In this document: positions 10,028-23,074 of the stretch, one piece after another
How the letters are laid out: the number at the start of each line of letters is the position of its first letter
Numbering within the stretch: the first letter of the stretch is position 1
From: Octopus bimaculoides
Lineage: Eukaryota
Length of the DNA stretch: 39,836 nt
Assembly (NCBI RefSeq): GCF_001194135.2
Contig: NC_068983.1
Coordinates: 127,206,494 to 127,246,329, forward strand
Direction: 5' to 3'
Position numbers and translations under genes: made by a program
Notes under the pieces: generated by a model
The model's input: only the letters and a program-made list of their open reading frames with translations
Told to the model about the DNA's origin: nothing
Databases searched by the model: none

Positions 10028-12051
10028 ACATGTGGTGTAATAACTATGTATTGTGATATGCATTATCTACACTACTTTTTAGATCCTCACACTGAGAACG
10101 TGTGTTTCCCTGACAAAGAACGAAAACGTTATCGCCGGAATGAAGATAGCAATAGCGATTATGAATAAGATAACTTTAAAAATGACTTACGTTTCCTTAT
10201 ATTTCTGTGTATTTGAAAGCGAATATCATCTACTGGAGACTGCTTCCTAAACATTACTTCTTTGCTAACATATATACCTATGTGATGTGGCGAATCAATT
10301 TCTATGTGTCTATGTGTTTACATAGTAATAAAGCAGAATGTTCTGCGAAAATTAGATGACGCTGAGTGTTTCAGATATGTAATATGTATGCGTGTGTGTT
10401 TGTTTTTGTGTGTGTATTATATGCCCGTATATGTATGTTTATGAATGGCTATATGTGTTTGTAACAGTTAATTGGAAATATGTTATATTTTATAACCATT
10501 GTCTGTTACATCCCATACTGGTGCGTCTCTTATATATGGAATGTAGGATATGGCGAAACATTGTCAGTAGGTCTGAAATGTGGTATTAAATCTACTAAAT
10601 AACATATTTGAAAGATACTGAGAATGCTTAGTGTTTCCGTAGAATTTCTGCACAAACTTTTCTATGATAGGCGATAAACGGTAAGGTATAAAGATATATT
10701 GATACCTTTGTTAATATATTTTTCGACCAATTGCAAACTAACAAATAAATATCGCGCCGTTACACGAATTATTTACTGATTTTATGTCCAGGGGACATGG
10801 ACAAGCAATATGTTCATTCATAGCATAGATTCACTGAATTGTATTATACGACTAGGCTGAACATTCCGGTCAGTTGTGCTAGAAAACAAGACATATTGCA
10901 AACTGTCATATTAATATGAAAATATGAAATACGTACGAATAAATCCCCAAAGCAGACACAATCAAAGTTTCAGCATATCAGAAATCGTAGAAGAATTCAA
11001 AATATAGACTGATTTTATATCAGAAGTAAATGGCTGAAAAAATGAATTGTTTTTCTGAAGGAAGAGTAGAAATTAAGAACTTAATGTAAAACACTTGTTA
11101 TACAAATAAGGAAATAATATTGTTCGAAAGGGAAATTAATAATTACTGATATTTATCAAATATACACTTTTGTGAGTCATATATGCTTGTTGTTTTATTC
11201 AGTTTTATTGTGGTGCCTGAAATGTGTAGCTTGTTAAACGAGTGCTGTAATATGCTAGTTAACGTGGCTCGTTCTGTGATTCTTTACAAGTTAGTGTGCC
11301 CCAATGCATCAAACGTTGTCGCAAACGTTTTGAATCACTGATGGTTTCAATATACTAAAACACGAAAATATTATAAGATGATTTCTAAGTCTCCGCATAT
11401 AACGGAACAAGTGGAATTCACAGGAAATGATGATTTGTTAGAATACNNNNNNNNNNNNNNNNNNNNNNNNNNNNNNNNNNNNNNNNNNNNNNNNNNNNNN
11501 NNNNNNNNNNNNNNNNNNNNNNNNNNNNNNNNNNNNNNNNNNNNNNNNNNNNNNNNNNNNNNNNNNNNNNNNNNNNNNNNNNNNNNNNNNNNNNNNNNNN
11601 NNNNNNNNNNNNNNNNNNNNNNNNNNNNNNNNNNNNNNNNNNNNNNNNNNNNNNNNNNNNNNNNNNNNNNNNNNNNNNNNNNNNNNNNNNNNNNNNNNNN
11701 NNNNNNNNNNNNNNNNNNNNNNNNNNNNNNNNNNNNNNNNNNNNNNNNNNNNNNNNNNNNNNNNNNNNNNNNNNNNNNNNNNNNNNNNNNNNNNNNNNNN
11801 NNNNNNNNNNNNNNNNNNNNNNNNNNNNNNNNNNNNNNNNNNNNNNNNNNNNNNNNNNNNNNNNNNNNNNNNNNNNNNNNNNNNNNNNNNNNNNNNNNNN
11901 NNNNNNNNNNNNNNNNNNNNNNNNNNNNNNNNNNNNNNNNNNNNNNNNNNNNNNNNNNNNNNNNNNNNNNNNNNNNNNNNNNNNNNNNNNNNNNNNNNNN
12001 NNNNNNNNNNNNNNNNNNNNNNNNNNNNNNNNNNNNNNNNNNNNNNNNNNN

Positions 12052-12120
<69 letters not shown>

Positions 12121-12122
<2 letters not shown>

Positions 12123-12310
12123 TTGCGGTCCATGGGAAGAGCCATTTTAACGATGCGTCCTGCCCTACTCTTCGAAACGCCAGTGTTTAAATGGGGGTAG
12201 CTGATGAAGGAAAATGTTCTCTATGTGGGCCGTGTGTTTTCTGTACTCTGGTTATTATTATTTTCTTGTCTACGTTCGGTTTGCAATGTCCTGTACCCAG
12301 ATATGCATCT
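12121..12310 (+). mobile_element. Repeat fragment with partial hammerhead-like motifs, possible Penelope-like terminal repeat
   Basis: GAAGAG (12136-12141) pairs with CTCTTC (12168-12173), directly followed by GAAACG; a separate CTGATGAAG starts at 12201. Confidence 0.35.
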
Positions 12311-14671
12311 ATATATACAGGTAGACGTATGTATGCACATACCTGTACGTATGTATGCATATACTCATTTATTATTTGTTATATATATACGGACACACAC
12401 ATGTGTATACATATATGTGTATGTGCGTGTGACCTTCCAAGTTCTACAGTGCTTAGTAAAACTGAAGGACCGCTAAAATACATGCGTGAATCAGAGAGAA
12501 TATAAGAATATGATGAATAAAATCATAATTAACTGAGCCTCTACCCAAAGCAAGAAGCTTTTCTGTACACCCACGTACACACACACACACACACAGATAT
12601 AATTATATATATATATATATANNNNNNNNNNNNNNNNNNNNNNNNNNNNNNNNNNNNNNNNNNNNNNNNNNNNNNNNNNNNNNNNNNNNNNNNNNNNNNN
12701 NNNNNNNNNNNNNNNNNNNNNNNNNNNNNNNNNNNNNNNNNNNNNNNNNNNNNNNNNNNNNNNNNNNNNNNNNNNNNNNNNNNNNNNNNNNNNNNNNNNN
12801 NNNNNNNNNNNNNNNNNNNNNNNNNNNNNNNNNNNNNNNNNNNNNNNNNNNNNNNNNNNNNNNNNNNNNNNNNNNNNNNNNNNNNNNNNNNNNNNNNNNN
12901 NNNNNNNNNNNNNNNNNNNNNNNNNNNNNNNNNNNNNNNNNNNNNNNNNNNNNNNNNNNNNNNNNNNNNNNNNNNNNNNNNNNNNNNNNNNNNNNNNNNN
13001 NNNNNNNNNNNNNNNNNNNNNNNNNNNNNNNNNNNNNNNNNNNNNNNNNNNNNNNNNNNNNNNNNNNNNNNNNNNNNNNNNNNNNNNNNNNNNNNNNNNN
13101 NNNNNNNNNNNNNNNNNNNNNNNNNNNNNNNNNNNNNNNNNNNNNNNNNNNNNNNNNNNNNNNNNNNNNNNNNNNNNNNNNNNNNNNNNNNNNNNNNNNN
13201 NNNNNNNNNNNNNNNNNNNNNNNNNNNNNNNNNNNNNNNNNNNNNNNNNNNNNNNNNNNNNNNNNNNNNNNNNNNNNNNNNNNNNNNNNNNNNNNNNNNN
13301 NNNNNNNNNNNNNNNNNNNNNNNNNNNNNNNNNNNNNNNNNNNNNNNNNNNNNNNNNNNNNNNNNNNNNNNNNNNNNNNNNNNNNNNNNNNNNNNNNNNN
13401 NNNNNNNNNNNNNNNNNNNNNNNNNNNNNNNNNNNNNNNNNNNNNNGTGTGTGTGTGTATGTGTGTGTGTGTGTGTGTTAACTCTTCTTAGTTAGGCTTT
13501 CGTAAACACAACTTTCAGCTTACAATTCCTTAATGTGCCATATTTAGCAGCGTTTTTTACTGAGGTATGTAACCTGTCGATTAAATTTCATACTTCTTCA
13601 TTAATTAACCCTTGCAGAAATATCTCCCACCGCTTGGTTTGCTGCTCATTTGTGTAACGCATTTATTACCGCATTTTTCCCTCTATCGTTATGTTTTGCA
13701 TAACCTCTCTAATTTCATATATCTCCACATATCTAACGATATATACTGATCATTGGCTGTTGTAATGCGACACTGTAGGTAACTCGAATGAAATGACAAT
13801 TGTGGGTGTAATGACAAAATTCAATGTTGTTCGCAATGAAACATCTAAACAATTGTGAAAATTTAAATTTGCTTTTGAATAAGCATCTAATGAAGCATAT
13901 GAACAAAAGGACACTCTCTGAGTATCATTGCTCTTTGCTCTGGAGTATAAAATATAATATGTTTCTTCTTTATTTATGAGATCCTGGCCAGTGTATCCTG
14001 CCTAGCAGTCAGGTTTACTTCATCTTCGTTGGCGTATACATAGATAGAGATGTGGTTCAATTTTGGTCCTATTATACTCTTATCTAAATACCCTTTGGGA
14101 TTTCATTTCTACGCCATTCTTGTAGACTTCACTGTATATATTTGTGGAACAACCCATATTAGAGCATCTAACATGCTTTGAATTGATTTTGAAGAATGTA
14201 CATATTTAAGCTCTTATACCAATTGAGAGAGTATTAAATTAAAATAGTCAACAATGTAAAATACATAACATATACACATTGACCATAGATCAATTACTGT
14301 GGTATTTTTCCCCGGGGATAAACAGATTTTTGTCTTCTTTTCACAACTAAATTTTCTTTTTGTAATAAGACACAACCGTAAGAGTTGTTGCCTTACGACG
14401 AAGAACGCTGTAATGTGCTAATCGACACCCGTCATACTTTAGGGAAGTTAGAGATATATTTTGAGTTATTACTCACTGAATTACGTACATCGACAGTCTA
14501 TTGTGTCATCAATGAATGTTTTAAACTATATGTCCTCTATGAGACGTGACGAATTCTCGTCTAAGCAAGTGGTTGGATGTGTGCATGCATCACTGAATAC
14601 ACGAAAAATCTTGAAATATCAAGCTTTTACGCTGGCTAGGTGGTATTTTCCCATCATTCCCGTGAGATAGT

Positions 14672-14900
14672 GAGAATGCATGGCATAGCGGTTGCCGTGT
14701 TGCCCCCAGGATCGTGAGAACATGATTGTAATTTCTGTAATACGTGCTGCATTGTGTTCTTGAGAAAAACATTTAATCTTACACTGCTCTGTGATGACTT
14801 CGATATCCGATGCGTGGGTACACTGTGCACCTGCTAAAAGAACGTCGATTTGATGGAAGGAAGGATCTAATTTGCAGCTTATTTCTCAAGAAACTGCAGA
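14672..14900 (+). mobile_element. tRNA-derived SINE with CORE-like segment, diverged
   Basis: A-box-like tggcatagcggtt head, then ttgtgttcttgagaaaaacattt resembling the CORE ttgagcaa..cactt motif. Confidence 0.6.
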
Positions 14901-16475
14901 CCTGTCTTTCTCGGACTACGAGAGAGATATTTTCTCACGATAGTTACTGGAGTAAGTGGGCTATCGACTGTGTGTTTACATTAAGCATAATTCATATATG
15001 GCTATATACATTTAATGCAGCAATATTTATCAGTCGGGAAAATTTTCAAGGAAGTCGTTCCCTTCATATATTTAATCTCATTATTAACTACTTTCTCTAA
15101 TTACTTTTGAGCTCACCATGCACAAACACATACCTGTCTTTCTCTATATATGCCTGTGTGTGCCTGTGCGTGTATATGTATGTGTGTATGCACTTATGTT
15201 GCTGTGTATCATTCGGAATAAAGGGGAAAAAAATCAATAACATTTCGACTGTTCACAATCTTGCTTATGGCTGCTTAAATACTTTTGATCAGTAGTGTGG
15301 TAGGGTAGACAAAACTCTTTGATTTTCTCTATTGGTGCTGGGGACAACGATTATCAAAAGATGTGGAATTCGCTGAACAATACCTTTTTCATGGTCATAT
15401 TTACCTCAAATAAATTTTGACATAAATACTTTAAGAAACTACCCGAATACAATGCAATAAAGTATTTCTGTTAATACTTCTGCCAGATAACACAGAGTAT
15501 GTCGAGGCTAACATAACTACTACCAATATAGAAACATGATGCAAAGGTTAACGACAAGGATGTCAAATTATATTTACACTTAAAATGTTCGTCAATGAGG
15601 AAGCGTAAAAGTGGGTGACGAAGTTAGTTTCTTCATACAGGGAGGGGAGGTACTATGATTTTTTTTTTACTGTATACGACTTGGAAATTAAGAAGAACAG
15701 GAAATTGTAGAATGGTCATACTGGCAAAGATTAAACGATCTGATGTCATCAATCTGCCCGAAATGTTAGCACTGAATTATTTGACTAAATGTCATATGGG
15801 ACATATTCACCACTCAAAACTTGTGTATATTATTGCTACGGTTTCATGCATCGACCAGCATGTCTGTGAGTGCTTTTAGCGTGGTGACACCTCGACCTCT
15901 GTTACACAACACATTCTGGTAACTGTATCTACCAATTATTAATATTATTATCATCTTCGTATATCTGCATATACTTTAAAAAGTCCTTCCACATAATATC
16001 CTACTGTATTATTTCAAAATTTGTGTTAATAGGACTATGTTATCACAACTGTCTCTTTCACGGCGGCTGGCTGCCATGTAATTAAAATTTGGCTGCCATT
16101 TCTAACAGATAACTCGCACAACACTACTTCTTTACAGCGCTGACAACATTTTTGTTGATTATTTCTGAGAATATATAAAGACATCATACACACACACAAA
16201 TATATAGATTTATATGTGTGTGCGTGCGTGTGTGTGTAAAAGAGGAAATTGGGTGAATATATGTTACGTGTCGATAATATAAATTCCTAAATTAAATATA
16301 TTTATGTGTGTGTTAAAGTTATGTACTCAGCTGTTTAACTCTCAAAATAAGCACAATGTTTTCATTTCTCTTAACTTCAATTCTCTGAAACAATTCATGA
16401 TGAATACTTTATATATTTTTTTCAATGATTATGTTAAAACACGTCAACATTAAATGTTCGATATCCAAATCTTCC

Positions 16476-16476
<1 letters not shown>

Positions 16477-16541
<65 letters not shown>

Positions 16542-16563
16542 TAATAATAATAATAACAACAAC

Positions 16564-16604
<41 letters not shown>

Positions 16605-16623
16605 TAATAATAATAATAACAAC

Positions 16624-16700
<77 letters not shown>

Positions 16701-16701
16701 C

Positions 16702-16775
<74 letters not shown>
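16477..16775. repeat. (AAAT)n followed by a long (AAT)n microsatellite with ATG/ACA interruptions
   Basis: Direct reading; source of the poly-Leu and poly-Ile ORFs. Confidence 0.97.
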
Positions 16776-16778
<3 letters not shown>

Positions 16779-17852
16779 TGGGAAATTGCTAAATATAAAT
16801 GTTAGTTTATTACATGCTTTAACTTCCTTTATTAATCAACTTTTCAATTCTAACAAATTAAAATATTAGAAATTAATGATATAATATTTGCCACACTGTG
16901 AAGGTTTGGATGGCGTTACCTTAATTAAGAAATTTCCAAAGGGGAAATTGCAAATACGTATGTAATTTGGAAATGTCTATTCTGTCATAGTTAAATGTTA
17001 GGTAGATCTAATTGGAAAATTACTTTTCTTCTCGTAAATGGAATGATTCATATCATTTTGTGAGAACACGGATGTAAATTATAGGTAACATAAATTTGAA
17101 GATCGAGACAGGAAGTAGAATCCTTAGTCTCCATAGTCATGCTTTAATCACTTATCGTGGTCATAGAGGGCTATATTTCCGACATGCTCCATCACAATCT
17201 AAACGTCTGTATCACAGATTGGTGCAATGGATATTCTAGTATGTTGAGCATCCAAGCGCTTAATTAATTTAAAATCTCATTTTTGTCTCATCGCGATAAC
17301 AGAATCATTGCGAAAAACCTTGTTATATTGAGTGAAGATGTGTGCCCAGGCTTCTTAGCGCCACGTGTGAAACGGATTGCCTTGTAGAGAGAAAATATTA
17401 ATATCAAAATACAAATTTCTGAAGAATATAATCATTAAATTGATAATTCCACAAACGGCAGATATTTTCTGTATTGAGCAAATGAATTTAGTATATATTA
17501 CGTCAGTATCTATTAAATATTACGCTATCATTTAGTAAATATTGCATTAATATTCAAACTTCACTGCTAGATTTAACACCGCTATTTACCGCTTGATCCA
17601 CACTCAGAGAATATATTTTTATATATCGAGCAGCATTATGTAATGCATCATTCGTAGGATGATTCGATAATGGATTATTCGAGAATGCAATGTCTTCAGT
17701 GTTTAGCAGGATAAATGCCAATATAGAGGCCCTGAACACCTTATATATGGAATCCACAAGTTTTGTGTTCAGTGCTTATGTTTATGTAAAGAAATTAACA
17801 ACTAGATAAAGTCTGCATTCTGTAGTGTATTGCTACTTTTGATCTTTAATTA

Positions 17853-18110
17853 TACGGGAGAACATGGTTTTGTTGACTGGTGTTGGAGAAACGTTTCTTA
17901 GTAATTTGGGGGTGCTGATTACATAGATAAAATCCATCTTGTTTTATTACGTCATGATTTTTCGAAAACTGAAATGTTCATTTTTCAACATTTCCGGTAT
18001 AGCCATTATTTCAAAGGTCAGATTTGTCTCAGCAGATGCAGACCCATGTATGGAGCTTGATAAGTCTTTGAAAACGTTTATCAATATCACTGAAAGTTAA
18101 TACAAGTAAA
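17853..18110. mobile_element. Possible DNA-transposon terminal region (Chapaev/CMC-like)
   Basis: tttcttagtaatttgggggtgctgat and ggtcagatttg motifs resemble subterminal sequence recalled for such elements. No partner TIR was found. Confidence 0.3.
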
Positions 18111-18199
18111 AAAGTGAAAGCAAATGTCATGGTTTAAGTATGTTCAATAAATAAAAGCATCGCACTCGAACTACTTTCACTATTTTAAATCTAATGAGT

Positions 18200-18810
18200 T
18201 TTAAATATTATATATATCGCAGAAATTTTCTTTAAACAAAACATTTCTGTGGCCCTTGAGTCTGCAGAGTATATGACAGTGCCACATTCGTAACCATTGA
18301 TCCGTGTGTTTAGCATGCAGAGGTTTCTCTACCCATCTNNNNNNNNNNNNNNNNNNNNNNNNNNNNNNNNNNNNNNNNNNNNNNNNNNNNNNNNNNNNNN
18401 NNNNNNNNNNNNNNNNNNNNNNNNNNNNNNNNNNNNNNNNNNNNNNNNNNNNNNNNNNNNNNNNNNNNNNNNNNNNNNNNNNNNNNNNNNNNNNNNNNNN
18501 NNNNNNNNNNNNNNNNNNNNNNNNNNNNNNNNNNNNNNNNNNNNNNNNNNNNNNNNNNNNNNNNNNNNNNNNNNNNNNNNNNNNNNNNNNNNNNNNNNNN
18601 NNNNNNNNNNNNNNNNNNNNNNNNNNNNNNNNNNNNNNNNNNNNNNNNNNNNNNNNNNNNNNNNNNNNNNNNNNNNNNNNNNNNNNNNNNNNNNNNNNNN
18701 NNNACAAAACATTTCTGTGGCCCTTGAGTCTGCAGAGTATATGACAGTGCCACATTCGTAACCATTGATCCGTGTGTTTAGCATGCAGAGGTTTCTCTAC
18801 CCATCTACTA
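18200..18810 (-). mobile_element. Degraded R4/Dong-type LINE fragment, duplicated on both sides of a gap
   Basis: Translation RWVEKPLHAKHTDQWLR resembles the W..KPLHG...WL segment that lies between RT and the CCHC knuckle in R4/Dong ORFs. Confidence 0.5.
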
Positions 18811-18904
18811 GCTAAAATTTCATGTGCTTTTGTCTTTGCAATTAATGTTATTTTCTTTGCAGCAGCCGTTGGCGCATTTCCTTCAACCTGATGAATCTTA
18901 TTAA

Positions 18905-19050
18905 GATTCTTCTTCTTCTTTTTTTCTTCTTCTTCTTCTTCTTCTTCTTCTTCTTCTTCTTCTTCTTCTTCTTCTTCTTCTTCTTCTTCTTCTTCTTCTT
19001 CTTCTTCTTCTGCTCCTCCTCCTCCTTCTTCTTCTTCCCTTCTTCTTTGT
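18905..19050. repeat. (CTT)n microsatellite
   Basis: Direct reading; source of the poly-Phe and poly-Lys ORFs. Confidence 0.97.
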
Positions 19051-19159
19051 ACTCCATTCTACTACTACTAAAAGTTATAATAGTGGTGGTAGTAACAGCA
19101 GCCGCAGCAGCATCAGCAAAAGCACAAACAGTATCGCCACCGCTACTGCGGCCTCCAAC

Positions 19160-20016
19160 ATCAGGTCTTTGTATTTTGAAAGTTTGTCCATTTCTTTTAA
19201 GGAAAGGTTGTCATCTGCTGGTATTGATACATCAATTAGAAAGCATTTTTTTTCTTCATGATTTTTGACAACTATATCTTGTCTATTTGCCTTAATTTCT
19301 CTATCTGTGTGTATTGGCATATCCCAGAGTATGGTTGCTTTCTTGTTTTCTGTGACCTTTTCTGGCGTGTGTTTATACCATCTTTTTTCTGTTGTTATTC
19401 CATAGTGTTGGCATAGCTTCCAGTGTATATAGGTCCCAGCTTTGTCGTGTCTGTGAATATATTCCTTCTTAGCCAGGACTGGGCAGCCAGAGATAATATG
19501 ATTTATTGTTTGTTGTCCATCTCCACATATTCTACAGTTACTTNNNNNNNNNNNNNNNNNNNNNNNNNNNNNNNNNNNNNNNNNNNNNNNNNNNNNNNNN
19601 NNNNNNNNNNNNNNNNNNNNNNNNNNNNNNNNNNNNNNNNNNNNNNNNNNNNNNNNNNNNNNNNNNNNNNNNNNNNNNNNNNNNNNNNNNNNNNNNNNNN
19701 NNNNNNNNNNNNNNNNNNNNNNNNNNNNNNNNNNNNNNNNNNNNNNNNNNNNNNNNNNNNNNNNNNNNNNNNNNNNNNNNNNNNNNNNNNNNNNNNNNNN
19801 NNNNNNNNNNNNNNNNNNNNNNNNNNNNNNNNNNNNNNNNNNNNNNNNNNNNNNNNNNNNNNNNNNNNNNNNNNNNNNNNNNNNNNNNNNNNNNNNNNNN
19901 NNNNNNNNNNNNNNNNNNGTTTTAATTTGGATTTCATTTGTTTTATAGCTTTTGTTTTTTCTTCTTCTTCTTCTTCGTATTTGTTAGGCAGTATGATTTC
20001 TTGTTTGTATTTGTCA
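19160..20016 (-). mobile_element. R4/Dong-clade non-LTR retrotransposon fragment: CCHC zinc knuckle plus restriction-like endonuclease, spanning a gap, truncated at both ends
   Basis: Minus strand 19543-19160 reads SNCRICGDGQQTINHIISGCPVLAKKEYIHRHDKAGTYIHWKLCQHYG, frameshift, KRWYKHTPEKVTENKKATILWDMPIHTDREIKANRQDIVVKNHEEKKCFLIDVSIPADDNLSLKEMDKLSKYKDL. This contains C-x2-C-x8-H-x4-C, RHD, and (P)D..D..K..KY RLE motifs. Upstream of the gap, DKYKQEIILPNKYEEEEEEKTKAIKQMKSKLK is plausibly the same ORF. Confidence 0.92.

Positions 20017-20080
<64 letters not shown>
20017..20080. repeat. (TAT)n microsatellite at the 5' junction of the Dong-type LINE
   Basis: Direct reading. Confidence 0.95.
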
Positions 20081-20082
<2 letters not shown>

Positions 20083-21311
20083 CGTTATCGCCGTAGTCAA
20101 TATCATCATCATCACCATTATATAATATGATGCCATTACAAATCAAATGTGTCTAGTGTCTCAACATATGTTAAAGTTTTGTAGAGTTTGAAATATTTGT
20201 TATTTATCTGCAAACATATGACCTATCCTGTTTGGCTTCTCGAGCGATATGAAGACTTCTAAAATCATCATTCTACTTGCATGAAGCAACGCACCACTAT
20301 TTCACTGCACATGATTTTGTTCAAATATTTTGTAAACAAAACTTTCTATAGATATTCTAACTGCATTTATAGTAACGTATAAAATTATGTTACTAATAAT
20401 GTGTGCTCCAAGAATGTCCACATTAATATATGCAAAAGCAATTAAAGAGGTGCAGCGTGGGCTGAGTGTGCAAACAAATCAATAATTAAATGTGAATTTA
20501 ATATTGATTAATTAATGTAATTTATTAAATTATACTTCCTATTATGCTTGACATATTTGAATAAAAATGCTATTCACACGGTGCCTAATGTACGAAATAA
20601 TGCTTAGCGATTCTGCTAATTGTTGTTAGCAGTGTTTTATTATCGACTCAGTGGATTGTTATAGCAAGAGTTAACCGTACTTTTAGAAAGCCACACAAAC
20701 GCTTACACGTACAAACATGCATAAACATGACACCCACATCAACATAAATACTCGCCAAAATGCACCTAAAAGCCCATGGATGTAACGCAACTAAATATAA
20801 TCTCTATGCTTTTACAGGAACATTCCTGTATTCATACACCTTTGAATAGGGACGCTTGCTACTAAAAGTGCTACTGCTGAGAGTTTTATTTATTTAATTA
20901 CACATTTCTTCGTATTTCCATTTGTTTTTCTTTTACAAGTAGTGTACAATTAATTCGTTCCTGAAAGTTATTTCTTTTCACAAGACCAATCAGTTATATA
21001 TACATGAGATTACGGGTATTTCTGAATACTCGATTACGCTGTGGAACAATAAAAAATAATGGAAACGAGAATAACCTTTTCTAGAAGTATTTTGTGCGTA
21101 GATTACGAATATACCATCCTTACATGCTATGACTATCCAGATGCACGTAAATTGCCATTTTACTTACGTAGGAATTGAGTGAAAACAGAGTGGGCCAAAA
21201 CTGACAACTCTAAATTTATGAAATGATGTCAATCTAACTTATGAAAATTATAAAAGTACATCCAATATCTTTATAGTCATATGGGTCCACATCTGCGGTG
21301 AATCTGACACG

Positions 21312-21720
21312 AACTCACACCTCAGCAACCAACCTGAACTCAATGATCTAGTTCGGGATCTAACACTTACTAAGCAACAGAGTGAAGCCTTGGCCACACG
21401 TCTGCAACAATCGAACCTGTTGGATAAAGATGCCCGAATTACAGTATTTAGGAATCTTTCTGCAAATCTACAGCATTTCTTCACTGGAAAACAACTTCAC
21501 TCATTGTAATGATACCAGAGACCAATTCAATGCCCTTGAGCTGTGCTACGAACCAAATGACTGGTAGTTATTCATAAATGCATCCAATTACAACATTAGA
21601 GCGGTGCTGTAGCACATTGGGAACACCATGCTTTCAGGTCCAATTGCTCACTCAGTCATTTTAAGAGTGACATATGAGAAGTTAGCTTTTATTATAGACG
21701 GCATAATCTACAAGGAGCAT
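21312..21720 (+). mobile_element. Chapaev-like (CMC-group) DNA transposon transposase fragment
   Basis: NSHLSNQPELNDLVRDLTLTKQQSEALATRLQQSNLLDKDARITVFRN, frameshift, ENNFTHCNDTRDQFNALELCYEPNDW*LFINASNYNIRAVL*HIGNTMLSGPIAHSVILRVTYEKL. This matches recalled ELNDLVRDL.LSK..ELL.SRL and WRLFIDSS..SLKAVLLHNGN motifs. The family name is from memory. Confidence 0.75.
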
Positions 21721-21770
21721 GACTGCAGTAGAGAGACTGAAACAAGTAAAAGATAAAAGATAAAAGGTAA
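21716..21770 (+). mobile_element. SINE 3' tail fragment
   Basis: gcatgactgcagt...gactgaaacaagtaaaagataaaagataaaag parallels the tail at 4787-4835. Confidence 0.55.
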
Positions 21771-21949
21771 CAATACACTGCTCCCTTCAAACCGTTTAAA
21801 AACGCTAATATTTTACTCTAATTTCCCACTAACAATGTATCACATACGCAAGAAATGAAACGATATGCCATGTTTATAGAGTAATTCAAAAGTTGATAGA
21901 TTTCCAAATATTTAGAGATATTTTATAGACAAATCAATTGAAATTGAAA

Positions 21950-22810
21950 GTCAGTGGTGGAAATGCCCGGACAGTGCAAGGCAGCAAAATTCATCAAACG
22001 GTTTCGAAATTTTCTCGATGATGATCTAGGAAAGCAATTCAGCCCCATCAACAATGAACTACGAGTGTTTGGTCGAAAATTTGTGCATATAGAATTGCAT
22101 GTCTTCTTTACCCGATGGAGTCCAATATTTGTATACGATGATACAGGAAGACCATTTGATCCGTGCCAAACTCTGACTTAACATGTTCTTAAACTCTCAC
22201 CGACGTGTAACTCGTTATTCGCTGAGGAGAAAATCTTCGAGGAAAATCGAAAGTCTTACAATAGAATGTCATGTTGTGGTTAATGTCGCTAATGTCCCTA
22301 AAGACATGTTGTCGCGGATCTTGCTAATGGAACGCTCACTAATTTTCAGTTTTGTCGATTTTATGAATGATGATAGCGAAGAGTATCATGTAACAGTATA
22401 CCATATCTTCACACAAAATCTTATAGGTCATGCTTTTGGGTAATTTGAGGTGCAGGACAGAGATCTTGAAACCTGGATGCGTGAAGTACGCAATAGAAAG
22501 GTATACCTGTTCCAGCAAGACTTATTACTTTCCCACAGTTCCCACATAACAATAAATAGATGTCAAGCAATATTGATGATCATGTCTAACATTGTGGAGA
22601 CCAAACTAGCACGATTTATCTTTCTTAACTAGCTACGACTGGAGTTTTGTTGAAAAATTGACTAAGCGATATTTTCAGAATACCATATTTTCATTGAAAC
22701 TTGCCATGGTTCATGTGATGTCTTGAATGCTTAGGGAACATATAGTTCTAGCATTTCAAATGTTTCGGTTCCACTTTCAAGCAATCATTGATGCATAAGA
22801 TGAACTTACA
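21950..22810 (+). mobile_element. Old Tc1/mariner (maT-like) transposase remnant
   Basis: Ordered decayed motifs across frames: HTH-like DDDLGKQFSPINNELRV, LFAEEKIF (cf. FSDEK.F), and LETWMREVRNRKVYLFQQD (cf. PW...VA.GRPYVFQQD). Confidence 0.65.
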
Positions 22811-22828
22811 AGCTAATTAATGGGTAAT

Positions 22829-23006
22829 ACGTGTAGTATGTCCCGCATTATGACGACGTAACTTCTATTGTTTGCTTGATTGGCCCGTACCGCGCACCTC
22901 ACCGACTGACACTGTTTGCTTCAGAATGCCGCAGATAGTACCTGTCTACACTTTACCGGTAACACTACTAAAACATAGCGACCTGACTTAACTCCTTCAC
23001 ACGGAC

Positions 23007-23074
<68 letters not shown>

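Noticed and set aside
10186-10300. Candidate minus-strand exon ending at a GTAAGT donor (…KQSPVDDIRFQIHRNIRK)
   Set aside because: No recognisable homology, weak acceptor, and no partner exons.
11371-12190. Long ORFs of 220-270 aa here, and similar ones at other gaps
   Set aside because: Length comes from N runs translated as X.
16434-16792. Poly-Leu and poly-Ile ORFs
   Set aside because: (AAT)n microsatellite artefacts.
17554-17757. ORF with faint RNase H-like pattern (ALHNAARYIKIYSLS)
   Set aside because: Catalytic residues are not identifiable; similarity is at chance level.
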